From a virus: DNA of 64,000 nt. The notes below the pieces were generated by a model, which was given only the letters and a program-made list of their open reading frames with translations, did not search any database and had not been told where the DNA came from. The DNA lies in the IMG/VR virus record IMGVR_UViG_3300005529_000001, positions 272,882 through 336,881 of that record; one strand, 5' to 3'. Positions within the stretch are counted from its first letter, which is position 1. Each line of letters opens with the position of its first letter. The position numbers and the translations under genes were made by a program. Below are positions 37,417 through 46,767 of this stretch, in pieces.

Positions 37417-38609
37417 GACAGGTAAGCACCGAGCTGAGACAGGGTCTTGATGCACCTGTCGGCATGCACGCGCGCTGACATCTCAGTCGCCACAAGCTCA
37501 CCTGTTTCAGTCACGCCAAAATCTACGGCAGACTTGATGGCACGAAGCGCGTTGTCGATGGCTTGCGAACAGACAACATAGTCTCTGTCATCAGGCAACC
37601 TGATGATGACATGGTTTGGGCTCAATGACTTGATCCGCTTGTCAAGGAGCTTTCCCTTGTCATCGACTTGTTCGTCTTCACGGCGCTTACGTAAGTTAGC
37701 GACATGTACAGCGACCTGGGCATGGGTGGAGGTGTTTGCAACGATCGTCCGGCCCTTGAAAACAGTGACCTGTTCAACGTAAGGTGCATCATGAAACTTG
37801 ATCGAACTGATCAGATCACCCTTGAGGCTTGACACTAGGTCAGCCCCACAAACAACCGAGAGATCGACCAAAGAGTTCATCCCGTCAAGATCAAACGGGG
37901 CGCTGATGGGCAACATCCTCAAGCTACCACGGTCATAGTTGACCTTCAAGGTGTGCTTGACATCATTGCTCATCCCACGAAGGAAAACAACGACGGGTTC
38001 TTTTGCTGTAGCAGCAGCTTCAAGCAAGTGATGGATCTCGGACACTTCTTCAACATACCCGTCGATGCAAACCACTCGCGGATGGACAAAGCTGGCGTCG
38101 ATGGGCAAGATCGGGACCAAATCAAACGTGTAACCCCTCACAAGCTCAACGGAAGGAGTGAGGGAGTGTGTCTTCTCGATGATGATGCGGCCGCCGTAAC
38201 CAGCTAGCTCGAGAGCACGTTCTAACATCTTTGTGGTACGAACTCCCGCTCGAGAAGCATGGGCGTTGACGAGGCTTCTCACGTCAGCGGCAGTGGCTGA
38301 CCTGGGTTCCAATTGGGTGGGACGCGGGGGTACTTCAAGTGCACCCAATTTTTCAAGAACGAGGTCAACGGTGCGGTCAAAGCCCCCGGGACCCAATTTT
38401 TCTGCATGGAGGGCGTGGGTCATGATAGTTTCATGGACCGACCTGTCAAACTCAGAAGACATCTTCGAGTTGAAAACGACCTGCATGTGAGAGTGGACCA
38501 GCAAGCGGTCTTTCTCACGGACCAACGCCGCCCTGACATCCTTCATGGCAACAAGCCGAGCACGCACTCTCCTGAGCGTTGCTGCTGAATCAATGTTGAC
38601 GTCTCCCAC
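37413..38609 (-). CDS. GroEL-like chaperonin homolog, truncated (no C-terminal equatorial segment) with degenerate ATP-binding motif
   Basis: Apical region KEPVVVFLRGMSNDVKHTLKVNYDRGSLRMLPISAPFDLDGMNSLVDLSVVCGADLVS aligns to GroEL [59 protein letters not shown]; intermediate-domain match; DGTTT position reads AADVRS; ends near GroEL ~415. Confidence 0.65.
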   Translation of the reverse strand: MGDVNIDSAATLRRVRARLVAMKDVRAALVREKDRLLVHSHMQVVFNSKMSSEFDRSVHETIMTHALHAEKLGPGGFDRTVDLVLEKLGALEVPPRPTQLEPRSATAADVRSLVNAHASRAGVRTTKMLERALELAGYGGRIIIEKTHSLTPSVELVRGYTFDLVPILPIDASFVHPRVVCIDGYVEEVSEIHHLLEAAATAKEPVVVFLRGMSNDVKHTLKVNYDRGSLRMLPISAPFDLDGMNSLVDLSVVCGADLVSSLKGDLISSIKFHDAPYVEQVTVFKGRTIVANTSTHAQVAVHVANLRKRREDEQVDDKGKLLDKRIKSLSPNHVIIRLPDDRDYVVCSQAIDNALRAIKSAVDFGVTETGELVATEMSARVHADRCIKTLSQLGAYLS

Positions 38610-38626
38610 CTGGAGACTCTACACCC

Positions 38627-39058
38627 TTACTGTGTGTAGTGGATAAGAAGGTGACCGGTGAGGATATCAAAAACGAGCTTCCCAGCTCCCGTAAGAGCAG
38701 CCGTTCCCGCGAGACCCAAGAGCCCCTTGATGACCCAGTTTGCGGTGTTGATCCAGTTCAACGCACCCTTGACCTTCTGGTAAAGGCCCTCGTCCTTGTC
38801 ATAGATCGCTTTGTGAACCTCATCCAGCTTTTTCACCTGGGTGTCCTGGCCCATCTTGACGTCTTTGAGATCGGTCTCAATCGTGTCGATCTTGCTGATT
38901 TTTTCCATGAGGTGATCGAAACCACCGTTCAGGACATGGGCGTCTTCGAGCTTCCTGTCAAGCTTGGCCAGGACATCATCCTGTGCCGCAAGACGCTCAA
39001 CGATCTCCGACGTTGTTGGCTTTCTACCCGGGACTAGTGCAGCTTTCTTGGTGGCCAT
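38627..39058 (-). CDS. coiled-coil protein with C-terminal transmembrane anchor
   Basis: C-terminal hydrophobic NWVIKGLLGLAGTAALTGAGKLVFDIL. Confidence 0.45.
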   Translation of the reverse strand: MATKKAALVPGRKPTTSEIVERLAAQDDVLAKLDRKLEDAHVLNGGFDHLMEKISKIDTIETDLKDVKMGQDTQVKKLDEVHKAIYDKDEGLYQKVKGALNWINTANWVIKGLLGLAGTAALTGAGKLVFDILTGHLLIHYTQ

Positions 39059-39286
39059 GCTCTCTCGCGACGCGCGTTAAAGACCCTGATCCCTAGAGAT
39101 CTTTACCACTCTGACCACTTAATCCTCTGATCCGCTTTCCGCTAAGATCCTCAGATCTACATGGAGGAGTGACAGTTGGACACCGAACCGCGGGGTCCTA
39201 CGCTAAGTATTGCAACATATTGAAGATCTGTAGAGACTACTGACAACCTGAACAGACACGCATGGGAGAGCTACAATCTGCTCACC
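39059..39286. promoter_or_regulatory. divergent intergenic region with repeated AGATCT/GATCC motifs
   Basis: 228 bp non-coding gap between divergently oriented genes; AGATCT x3, GATCC x3. Confidence 0.3.
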
Positions 39287-41197
39287 GTGTTTGATTTCAA
39301 CCAAAGCATCTTCGGGTCCGAAATAACCATCCCACATACTGCAAGGGTGATCTTTGTCTCTGACATGTTCGTAGAAGACTATGTCGGGGGTGCAGAGCTG
39401 ACAAGCCAAGCCTTGCTTGACGCAGCGCCTTTCGAGGTTTTCAAGCTGCATTCCAAAGATGTCAGCATGCAACTGTTGCAAGCGGGTGCTGACAAGTTCT
39501 GGATCTTTGGAAATTTCTCACAGATGAACCCGCAACTGATCCCAACCATCGTTGGGAACCTGAGATATTCCATCCTCGAGTACGACTTCAAGTACTGCCG
39601 CGCTAGGTCACCCGAAAAGCACTTCGCTGAGCATGGCATGCCCTGTGATTGCCACGATCAGATAAATGGGAAGATCATCAGCGCCTTCTACTACGGTAGC
39701 ATGGGACTCTGGTGGATGTCTCAAAAGCAGAAAGAGCGATACCTCCAGCTGTTCCCATTCCTTGCAGAGCGAAGCAACACCGTCCTGTCCAGCGTCTTCG
39801 ACGCCAAGACGCTTGGCATGCTCAAGGCATTGCGGGTCCAGCGTGAAAAGTGTGGAGACAAAAACGGGTGGGTCGTCCTGGGCAGCGAGTCATGGATCAA
39901 GGGCGCTGATGACGCAAAAGCTTGGTGCGAAGCAAACGGGAAAGACTACCAAGTCCTGTGGGGCGAGCCTTACGCCCTTGTTCTCAAGAAGTTGTCGATG
40001 GCCGAGGGCTTCGTCTACCTGCCCAAGGGAGGCGATACCTGTCCCCGGATGGTCATCGAAGCAAAGCTGCTCGGTTGCAAGCTGCAGCTGAATGACAACG
40101 TGATGCACAAGGATGAAGAGTGGTTTGACACTGATGATCTTGACAGCATCAGCGACTACCTTTTCGTCTCTCCCCAGACGTTTTGGAACGGCATCCGTGA
40201 GATGATGAACTACCAGCCCAAGATCTCGGGCTACACCACGACATACAACTGCATCAAGCAAGCGTACCCGTTCGAGCAGTGCATCCAATCGATGCTCGCT
40301 TTCTGTAACGAGGTCTGCGTCATGGACGGTGGTTCAAGCGATGGAACGTACGAGAAACTCAGCGAGATGGCTGAGAAAGAACCTCGTTTGAAGATCAAGA
40401 CCCGCCAGCTTGACTGGTCTACCAAACGTCACCCGGTCTTCGATGGCATACAAAAAGCTGAAGCTCGTAAGATGTGTACGGGTGAGTTCTGTTGGCAGAT
40501 GGACAGCGATGAGGTTGTTCACGAGAGCGACGGAAAGAAGATCAGCGACCTGTGCCGGATGTTGCCCAAGGGTGTTGACGTCATGTGCTTGCCCGTCATT
40601 GAATATTGGGGTGGCTATGACAAGGTTCGCATGGACATCCAACCCTGGAAGTGGCGTTTGAGCCGTAACCTTCCTCACATCACCCACGGCATCCCGGTAG
40701 AACTGAGAGCCACAGACGCCGAAGGCCAGCTCTATGCCAAGCCGGGTACCGACGGTTGTGACATGATTGACCAGGATGGCAACAGATTGCCCGTTCTCAA
40801 CTTCTATACTCCTGACGTCGAACAGGTTCGCCAGGTTGGCATGCTGGGAAATGCAGAAGCCCAACGCCAGTACGAAGCTTGGCTGAACAACGTTGCGCTC
40901 AACCTTCCATGCGTTTACCACTACTCTTGGTTCGATCTGCCCCGGAAGATCCGGCTTTACCGTGACTACTGGCAGAACCACTGGAACGCCCTGTGGGACC
41001 GCGACACTTCAGACACCGCAGCGAACAACATGATGTTTGGCAAGCCCTGGAGCGAAGTTACCGATGAAGACATTGCCCAACGTGCCGCTGAGATGAAAGA
41101 GAAGCTGGGCGGTTGGATCTGGCACAAGCCGTGGGATGGGAAAGCGATGACGCCCCACGTGACCATTCACAAGACACCACCTAGGATCATGCAATGA
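39287..41197 (+). CDS. two-domain glycosyltransferase (N-terminal GT4/GT-B, C-terminal GT2/GT-A)
   Basis: N-term RVIFVSD...GGAE and GGDTCPRMVIEAKLLGC; C-term MDGGSSDGT and DSDE (DxD); start uncertain (GTG 39287 vs TTG 39176 with GGAGGA RBS). Confidence 0.7.
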   Translation: MFDFNQSIFGSEITIPHTARVIFVSDMFVEDYVGGAELTSQALLDAAPFEVFKLHSKDVSMQLLQAGADKFWIFGNFSQMNPQLIPTIVGNLRYSILEYDFKYCRARSPEKHFAEHGMPCDCHDQINGKIISAFYYGSMGLWWMSQKQKERYLQLFPFLAERSNTVLSSVFDAKTLGMLKALRVQREKCGDKNGWVVLGSESWIKGADDAKAWCEANGKDYQVLWGEPYALVLKKLSMAEGFVYLPKGGDTCPRMVIEAKLLGCKLQLNDNVMHKDEEWFDTDDLDSISDYLFVSPQTFWNGIREMMNYQPKISGYTTTYNCIKQAYPFEQCIQSMLAFCNEVCVMDGGSSDGTYEKLSEMAEKEPRLKIKTRQLDWSTKRHPVFDGIQKAEARKMCTGEFCWQMDSDEVVHESDGKKISDLCRMLPKGVDVMCLPVIEYWGGYDKVRMDIQPWKWRLSRNLPHITHGIPVELRATDAEGQLYAKPGTDGCDMIDQDGNRLPVLNFYTPDVEQVRQVGMLGNAEAQRQYEAWLNNVALNLPCVYHYSWFDLPRKIRLYRDYWQNHWNALWDRDTSDTAANNMMFGKPWSEVTDEDIAQRAAEMKEKLGGWIWHKPWDGKAMTPHVTIHKTPPRIMQ

Positions 41198-41538
41198 GAG
41201 AAATGACCCCTGTTGTCGTCGAGTCCCCGTACGCAGGTGACATCGAAAAGAACATGCGCTATCTACGTGCATGCATGCGTGACTGCCTGGTCAACCACCA
41301 GGAAGCTCCTTATGCCAGCCACGCTCTGTACACCCAGCCAGGAGTGCTGCGTGATGAGGTGCCAGAAGAGCGCCAGCACGGCATTGAAGCGGGTTTCGCT
41401 TTCCGACCGCTGATGAAAAAGACCGTCGTCTACACCGACCTTGGGTACAGCTCTGGCATGAAGTATGGCATCAAGCATGCTGAAGAGATCGGTCATCCAA
41501 TCGAGTATCGCACCCTGGGTGGCGAGTGGGCACAATGA
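41194..41538 (+). CDS. DUF4406-like / nucleoside 2-deoxyribosyltransferase-fold protein
   Basis: VVVESPYAGD...N...VVYTDLGYSSGMKYGIKHAEEIGHPIEY. Confidence 0.4.
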   Translation: MREMTPVVVESPYAGDIEKNMRYLRACMRDCLVNHQEAPYASHALYTQPGVLRDEVPEERQHGIEAGFAFRPLMKKTVVYTDLGYSSGMKYGIKHAEEIGHPIEYRTLGGEWAQ

Positions 41539-41747
41539 ACTCATCGCTCTCTTATGAGAAGCTGGTCATGTTCTTGTATCTGCTGATGCGTGACGTAGCA
41601 CCAACAGGCTTTGTCGTCAGCGCTCTCAGGGAAACGGTGAAAGCTGTCGCAGAGACTGAAGTCACGCCCGAGAGCCCAAATACATACTCCAGCAAGGAGT
41701 TACAAGCATATGCTGAGAGGTTGGCAACGGAAATGGTGACGGGATGA
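41526..41747 (+). CDS. hypothetical protein
   Basis: 73 aa ORF in plus-strand operon. Confidence 0.35.
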   Translation: MGTMNSSLSYEKLVMFLYLLMRDVAPTGFVVSALRETVKAVAETEVTPESPNTYSSKELQAYAERLATEMVTG

Positions 41748-41956
41748 CGATCCGTCAACGTGTCATCCATGTGTTGCTCGACTCAAGCACGCCACGAACT
41801 GCATCAGACATCTACCACGTCCTGAACAACAGCGGGTATGTCAAGCTGTCATCCTTGTCCGGCATCTTGAAGAGGATGTATGATGCTGGAGAGCTACGAC
41901 GAGTTGATGAATACGGCCCCCGCGGTGGGTACGGCTACTTGGTGAATCACTCATGA
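41744..41956 (+). CDS. small winged-helix DNA-binding protein
   Basis: 70 aa; TASDIYHVL..SSLSGILKRMYDAGEL helix-turn-helix-like. Confidence 0.4.
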   Translation: MTIRQRVIHVLLDSSTPRTASDIYHVLNNSGYVKLSSLSGILKRMYDAGELRRVDEYGPRGGYGYLVNHS

Positions 41957-42681
41957 GACACGTCAACATCAAACAAAAGCTTGAGGAAATCGGCGTCTCG
42001 CTTGATTCGATCATGATGGGTGACTTCGATTACATCGGAGAATACACTGCCAAACGTGATAGGAAGCCGAACGATGCCAACTACAAGAAGTACGGCGCGT
42101 ATTACCGCTCCAACTATGAACGGGGGATTCTAATCTACTACCTAATCCGCCAGTTCAACCTAAGGTCATTCCTTGAGGTTGGTTTTGGTCGCGGTTATGG
42201 GACGTTTTGTGCTGCACGAGCTTTCCATGACGCAGGAATCGAGGGAAAAGTCCTAACCATCGACCCCGCTCTTGACGAGAAATACCTGACTGCACTCCAA
42301 CAGGTCTTTCCCAAAGAGTGGTTCAAGTGCATCCAGTTTGCCAAGGGCACGTCACAAGCGATACTTCCTCAGGTCAAAGATCACTATGATCTTGTCTATG
42401 TTGATGGCGACCATTCGTATGACGGCACCAAACATGACTGGGAGAAGACCAAAGACTTGTGGGACAAGTTCTTGCTGTTTGACGATTACCACCTCCCCAC
42501 GAAAGACGACCCAGGCATCCAGTGCTCACGACTGATCGATGAGATCGACGATCCATCAAAGGAACTCATCATCATGGACCGCCGGATGTTTTTCGATGAC
42601 CGCCGCTTCACCGATGATCAGATCGATTACGGTCAGGTGTTATTGAGCAAACCAGGAACGGGCCGTGATGATTGGGAATGA
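41953..42681 (+). CDS. class I SAM-dependent methyltransferase (O-methyltransferase/Methyltransf_24-like)
   Basis: Motif I LEVGFGRGYGT; LVYVDGDHSYD. Confidence 0.65.
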   Translation: MRHVNIKQKLEEIGVSLDSIMMGDFDYIGEYTAKRDRKPNDANYKKYGAYYRSNYERGILIYYLIRQFNLRSFLEVGFGRGYGTFCAARAFHDAGIEGKVLTIDPALDEKYLTALQQVFPKEWFKCIQFAKGTSQAILPQVKDHYDLVYVDGDHSYDGTKHDWEKTKDLWDKFLLFDDYHLPTKDDPGIQCSRLIDEIDDPSKELIIMDRRMFFDDRRFTDDQIDYGQVLLSKPGTGRDDWE

Positions 42682-43033
42682 TAAATGCGTAGTCCCACCT
42701 GATGGGTGGTATTGCACTCGCAAAGCGGGTCATGACGGTCCCTGCGCTGCGTTGCCTGTCGTTGACGTTGAGAAACCTAATGATGTTGCGTTCTCGTATT
42801 CGGTCACCAAAAAGCAAGTCGCGCAAGCCAAGGTGTGGGTGGAGAAACATGACCTTGAGAAGCACGCAAAGGCAATGAAACCCTACGGCGAGGGTGGCAA
42901 GCTGATCCGTTACAGCGGAGCTATCGGCGGGGCATATACGTGGGAGTTCACTCCAACCAGCTTGGGAATCGCCGTAAACCTTCGATGTTCATGCGGAGAG
43001 AAGTTTGATGTCACGGACTATGATCTCTGGTGA
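42665..43033 (+). CDS. hypothetical Cys-rich protein
   Basis: 122 aa. Confidence 0.35.
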   Translation: MMIGNDKCVVPPDGWYCTRKAGHDGPCAALPVVDVEKPNDVAFSYSVTKKQVAQAKVWVEKHDLEKHAKAMKPYGEGGKLIRYSGAIGGAYTWEFTPTSLGIAVNLRCSCGEKFDVTDYDLW

Positions 43034-43760
43034 GAATCGCTTTGTCTTTGTTGCGCCGATGTACAATGCATCGGCAACACTAGACCAGTGTCTCGCTAGC
43101 TTGGTGGGCCAGTCTTACAAGAACTGGAAGATCATTCTTATTGATGACGTGTCTGACCAACACGAGGTGATGAAAGAAGCTGAGATCATCCGTCGGTGGC
43201 GACCCATGTGTTATAGCGGTGGCATGCAGATCGTGGATGTCTGGAACGATGAGAAGAAATGGGAGGTTGCCAACGTCCTACATGGCATCAGCATGTGTGA
43301 ACCCAATGACATCGTCTGTCGCATGGACGCCGATGACTGGTTGACGGAGCTTGATGCGCTGTGCATGCTTAACGCAGCATACACCCAGATGAAGTGTGAC
43401 TGCTTATGGACTGCACACAGGTGGGGTTTTAGCGACAAGAACATCAGCGGGCCCATGTCAGACGGCACCGATCCCTACAAACACCCTTGGGTATCAAGCC
43501 ACCTGAAAACGTTCCGAAAGAGCCTCATCGATGGTGTCAATGACCAGAACTTTAGGGGTGAGGACGGGAGTTACATCCGACGTGCTGGTGACCAGGCAAT
43601 CTACTTGCCGGTCTTGCAACATGCCCAAAAGAGACTGTTTGTCCCCAGGGTCATGTACCACTACACGATAGACGATGTTCCAGAAACGTACCAGACTGAT
43701 GATGCACGCTTCCAGCGTGATGAAGCATTGTTTCTTCGAGCGAGGGGCTATGTACAGTGA
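43005..43760 (+). CDS. GT2-family glycosyltransferase
   Basis: FVFVAPMYNASATLDQCLASLVGQSYKNWKIILIDDVSD. Confidence 0.7.
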   Translation: MMSRTMISGENRFVFVAPMYNASATLDQCLASLVGQSYKNWKIILIDDVSDQHEVMKEAEIIRRWRPMCYSGGMQIVDVWNDEKKWEVANVLHGISMCEPNDIVCRMDADDWLTELDALCMLNAAYTQMKCDCLWTAHRWGFSDKNISGPMSDGTDPYKHPWVSSHLKTFRKSLIDGVNDQNFRGEDGSYIRRAGDQAIYLPVLQHAQKRLFVPRVMYHYTIDDVPETYQTDDARFQRDEALFLRARGYVQ

Positions 43761-44334
43761 TGATTTCTTCAAGGCTTATGCGGATTACCTGAAAGAGCCC
43801 ATTGTCCGTAAGAACCACGACCGCATCTTCCGTGATTGGTTCGAAGAGACGTGCCCATGTCAGCTCAAGGTCGTCGACATTGGTTGTGGTTTAGGTGAGT
43901 TCCACCAACATGGTTTCAAGTTGCAGTATGTAGGACTTGATCTCAACCCACGTGTCAACGCTGATACTTTGAAGGTCGACTACACTAAGCGTGAATGGGT
44001 GAAGGACCTGCCCTTCCTACCCAATGCATTCGTCAGCTTGTTCTCGTTGGAGCCCATGCTCGATGTAAGCGAACGGTATTCCTACTACGACTGGCTTTTT
44101 GATGCCATTCCAACGCTTCAATTCGGTCTGTCAGCCGGTTTCTACTACGCCAGCAAGGCCGATCACTTCATGGTCGGTGAGGCAGGCGATATCACCAGCT
44201 ACCAGACTATTGAGAAGCTCGGCGAGCACGGCAAGGGCTCATACCACGAGGAATGGACGGTCATGCACACGCCATCTGTCATGTTCGGACAAGATGTGGT
44301 CGAGATCTGGAAAAAATTCACGAGGAAAGTATGA
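43750..44334 (+). CDS. SAM-dependent methyltransferase
   Basis: Motif I VVDIGCGLGEF; start re-set to ATG 43750. Confidence 0.6.
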   Translation: MYSDDFFKAYADYLKEPIVRKNHDRIFRDWFEETCPCQLKVVDIGCGLGEFHQHGFKLQYVGLDLNPRVNADTLKVDYTKREWVKDLPFLPNAFVSLFSLEPMLDVSERYSYYDWLFDAIPTLQFGLSAGFYYASKADHFMVGEAGDITSYQTIEKLGEHGKGSYHEEWTVMHTPSVMFGQDVVEIWKKFTRKV

Positions 44335-44567
44335 GAAGGTTCTACCTACAACGCAACCAGGACGCCTCGGGCGTCTCGGGCCTGGGTAAGGTCGCTGAGG
44401 GTTGCCAGTTTGACACGGGTTGGTGTGCGTTGATCTGGCTGACGGGTAAGTCAGCGATGAGTTACTATCCAGACATCGAAACAATCATCATGATCCACGG
44501 TCATAATGGGATGACACAGGTCACTTGGGTCGATGACGAAAGCTCGAACGTTGTCATTGAACGTTGA
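44331..44567 (+). CDS. hypothetical protein
   Basis: ATGA-coupled 78 aa ORF. Confidence 0.3.
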   Translation: MRRFYLQRNQDASGVSGLGKVAEGCQFDTGWCALIWLTGKSAMSYYPDIETIIMIHGHNGMTQVTWVDDESSNVVIER

Positions 44568-44797
44568 ATGGTCCAGTGAAAATGAATCTAAAAGTGATCT
44601 TCGAAGCAGCAAACGGTGAACGTGTAGAACGTGAGCTCAAGACGGCGTGGTCTACCGAAGTGATGCGTGACCTAAAGTCGTACAAGGGGATCACGGTGGG
44701 GGAGGACATGAAACAGATCCTCGCAAATACGATCGCAGAATGTATCAACCCTGAGTTCGTCATGAGCGTGCTGACTGAGTTTGAAAACAAGACGTAG
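44564..44797 (+). CDS. hypothetical protein
   Basis: 77 aa. Confidence 0.3.
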   Translation: MNGPVKMNLKVIFEAANGERVERELKTAWSTEVMRDLKSYKGITVGEDMKQILANTIAECINPEFVMSVLTEFENKT

Positions 44798-44835
44798 TGA
44801 ACCCATCCACTTTAGAGTGGTATGGTAAGGGAAAC

Positions 44836-45060
44836 ATGCTACGAATCGTTGTGACGGGACACCCAGCTGAGGGCAAGACGACGATCGCGATGATCATCGA
44901 GAAAGCTCTCAAAGACCACGGTATCTTGGTCAAGAACCTAGACCCCGACGTCGTCTACGGGTCAAGCAATCCCGACCTCCAGTCCAACCGAATCGAAACA
45001 CTTCGAGTTCGTTCTAGGGCTGAAAACGTTCACATCGAGACCGACCAGGTTCACAAATGA
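44836..45060 (+). CDS. small P-loop NTPase-like protein
   Basis: VVTGHPAEGKTT Walker A; start at ATG 44836 with AAGGGA RBS. Confidence 0.4.
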   Translation: MLRIVVTGHPAEGKTTIAMIIEKALKDHGILVKNLDPDVVYGSSNPDLQSNRIETLRVRSRAENVHIETDQVHK

Positions 45061-46013
45061 GAATGTATATCAACCGTTTGCCTGTCAGCGGGCCCTGGGG
45101 AGGTGGCAACCTTTTTGTCAGCGCGTTTCACAAGCGTGCTCCTGCCCTGGGCGAGAACAGGGACATTGAGCTGGTCATGGACGAAACTGGGCGCACGCCC
45201 ATTGACGTCATCCTGCTCGCGGGCTTGGATAACGACGGCACGGGCATCAGCGTTGACCAAGCGGTGATGTACCAGATGTACGTGAAACCCGACTGCAAAA
45301 TCGTCCTCCGCGTCAACGAAAATGACGCTCGGAAGGGCACCACGCACATGGATGACATGTTGGTCAGGGTGTCAGAGCACCTGGATGGGACAGTCTTTGT
45401 CTCTCATTACTTGCAAGACTACTTCAACGAACGTGGGTGGAAGTGTCCAAACCAGGCTGTCATCTACAACGGCGTTGCTCACGATGTCTTTTCGCCACAA
45501 CCCAAGTTTGACGACAACAAGCTCCACATCGTGGCACATCACTGGAGCGATAACCGGATGAAGGGTGCCGACATCTACGAGCAGCTCGACGTTTTCGTGG
45601 GAGAGCGGCCTGACAAGTTTGCTTTCACCTACATCGGTCGGCACCAGTGTGACTTCAAGAACACCACCGTGGTGAAGCCGCTTGCGGGCAAGGCTCTTGG
45701 CCAGGAGTTGGGAAAGCATGACGTGTACGTCAGCGCTAGCCGGTTTGATCCGGGCCCGAATCACATCCTCGAGGCGTTGTCATGTGGTTTGCCCACCTGG
45801 GTCCATCGTGACGGTGGTGGATGCGTTGAGTTCGCTGGTGATGACCATGCCTATGAAAACTGGGATCGGTTGCAGGAGATCTTGCGAGCTCCAAACCCAG
45901 TGGCGCCCAACTCAAACGCGGTGAAGCTTCGAACGTGGCAGGAGTGCGTCCAGGAGTATATTGACTACCTGGAGACCACATGGAAGGCCACATCAGGTTC
46001 GCAGAGCTCCTAG
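45057..46013 (+). CDS. GT-B (GT1/GT4-like) glycosyltransferase
   Basis: C-terminal DPGPNHILEALSCGLP resembling E-x7-E donor-binding motif. Confidence 0.55.
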   Translation: MRMYINRLPVSGPWGGGNLFVSAFHKRAPALGENRDIELVMDETGRTPIDVILLAGLDNDGTGISVDQAVMYQMYVKPDCKIVLRVNENDARKGTTHMDDMLVRVSEHLDGTVFVSHYLQDYFNERGWKCPNQAVIYNGVAHDVFSPQPKFDDNKLHIVAHHWSDNRMKGADIYEQLDVFVGERPDKFAFTYIGRHQCDFKNTTVVKPLAGKALGQELGKHDVYVSASRFDPGPNHILEALSCGLPTWVHRDGGGCVEFAGDDHAYENWDRLQEILRAPNPVAPNSNAVKLRTWQECVQEYIDYLETTWKATSGSQSS

Positions 46014-46378
46014 AGCTCCACATCACCAACCAGATCAACAAGAAGTTCGTTAATGCAACCGCTGATAACAAGACGCTGCACGAGATGCGAGACGTGGTCA
46101 AGGACCAGGTCTTCACCGTGTTTGGCAAGTCATCACACAAAGTGACTGAAGCGGGTCTCAACTGGCTTGTCAACCAGATCTTCAAGAACTTGCAACTCAG
46201 CAGCAAAGACGCTGATGGCAAGACAACCAAGACAGCCGTCTATGAGCTCGTCATCTTCAACGAGTACAACCTGGCTGATCTGCCGTACAGTGACATCCAA
46301 CTCTTGCGAAACCTCTTCAGCCAAGCTCCGTACGGGCAGCAACTTGAAGAAGAATACAAGAGCCGGAGCGCAGCATGA
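45980..46378 (+). CDS. hypothetical protein (possible tandem paralog of next ORF)
   Basis: 132 aa; shares SKD..GK-containing segment with 46375..46767. Confidence 0.3.
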   Translation: MEGHIRFAELLELHITNQINKKFVNATADNKTLHEMRDVVKDQVFTVFGKSSHKVTEAGLNWLVNQIFKNLQLSSKDADGKTTKTAVYELVIFNEYNLADLPYSDIQLLRNLFSQAPYGQQLEEEYKSRSAA

Positions 46379-46767
46379 GCGAGTCAAAGATCAAGCCCGG
46401 CCAGTTTCACCAGGTGTTTTCCCAGCTCTTGGGCCAAAAGCTGAAACGCTTTGAGTCCAAAGATGGCGCGAAGGTTGACCTCAACCTTGTCACTTGTGTT
46501 GAGATCTACACAGAGATTTTCGAGACCTGTGTTGAAGTCATCACCACATCAGAGATCGAGCTGACCAATGAGGGGATGAACTACCTCGCACAACAGTACT
46601 ATGACGGCGTCCTGATCAACGGTCACCAAGAGCTCGATCCTGAGATCTTTAGCCAACGGGCAAAGGTCGAGAACATGGAGACAGAAGAGCTGACATTGTT
46701 GGCCGTCTTGCTGTCTGCTACTGACTTTGCTCTGCCCGTCCTTGAGGAGATCAGGAAGCGACAATGA
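46375..46767 (+). CDS. hypothetical protein
   Basis: 130 aa. Confidence 0.3.
   Translation: MSESKIKPGQFHQVFSQLLGQKLKRFESKDGAKVDLNLVTCVEIYTEIFETCVEVITTSEIELTNEGMNYLAQQYYDGVLINGHQELDPEIFSQRAKVENMETEELTLLAVLLSATDFALPVLEEIRKRQ

Noticed and set aside
36871-37455. Minus-strand 194-aa ORF whose segment LQELLAHVGINAGSLVDLVK weakly resembles GroEL [20 protein letters not shown], raising the idea that the GroEL-like gene continues after a frameshift
   Set aside because: Similarity is ~20 residues only and the conserved GroEL C-terminal equatorial motifs are absent. The region is covered by a long stop-free plus-strand ORF with a good RBS (35986..37416), and other minus-strand ORFs there are fragmented.
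39203-39481. 92-aa minus-strand ORF overlapping the start of the first glycosyltransferase
   Set aside because: Antisense to a motif-supported GT4 N-terminus; no RBS.
40334-40981. 215-aa minus-strand ORF
   Set aside because: Antisense shadow inside the double-domain glycosyltransferase gene.
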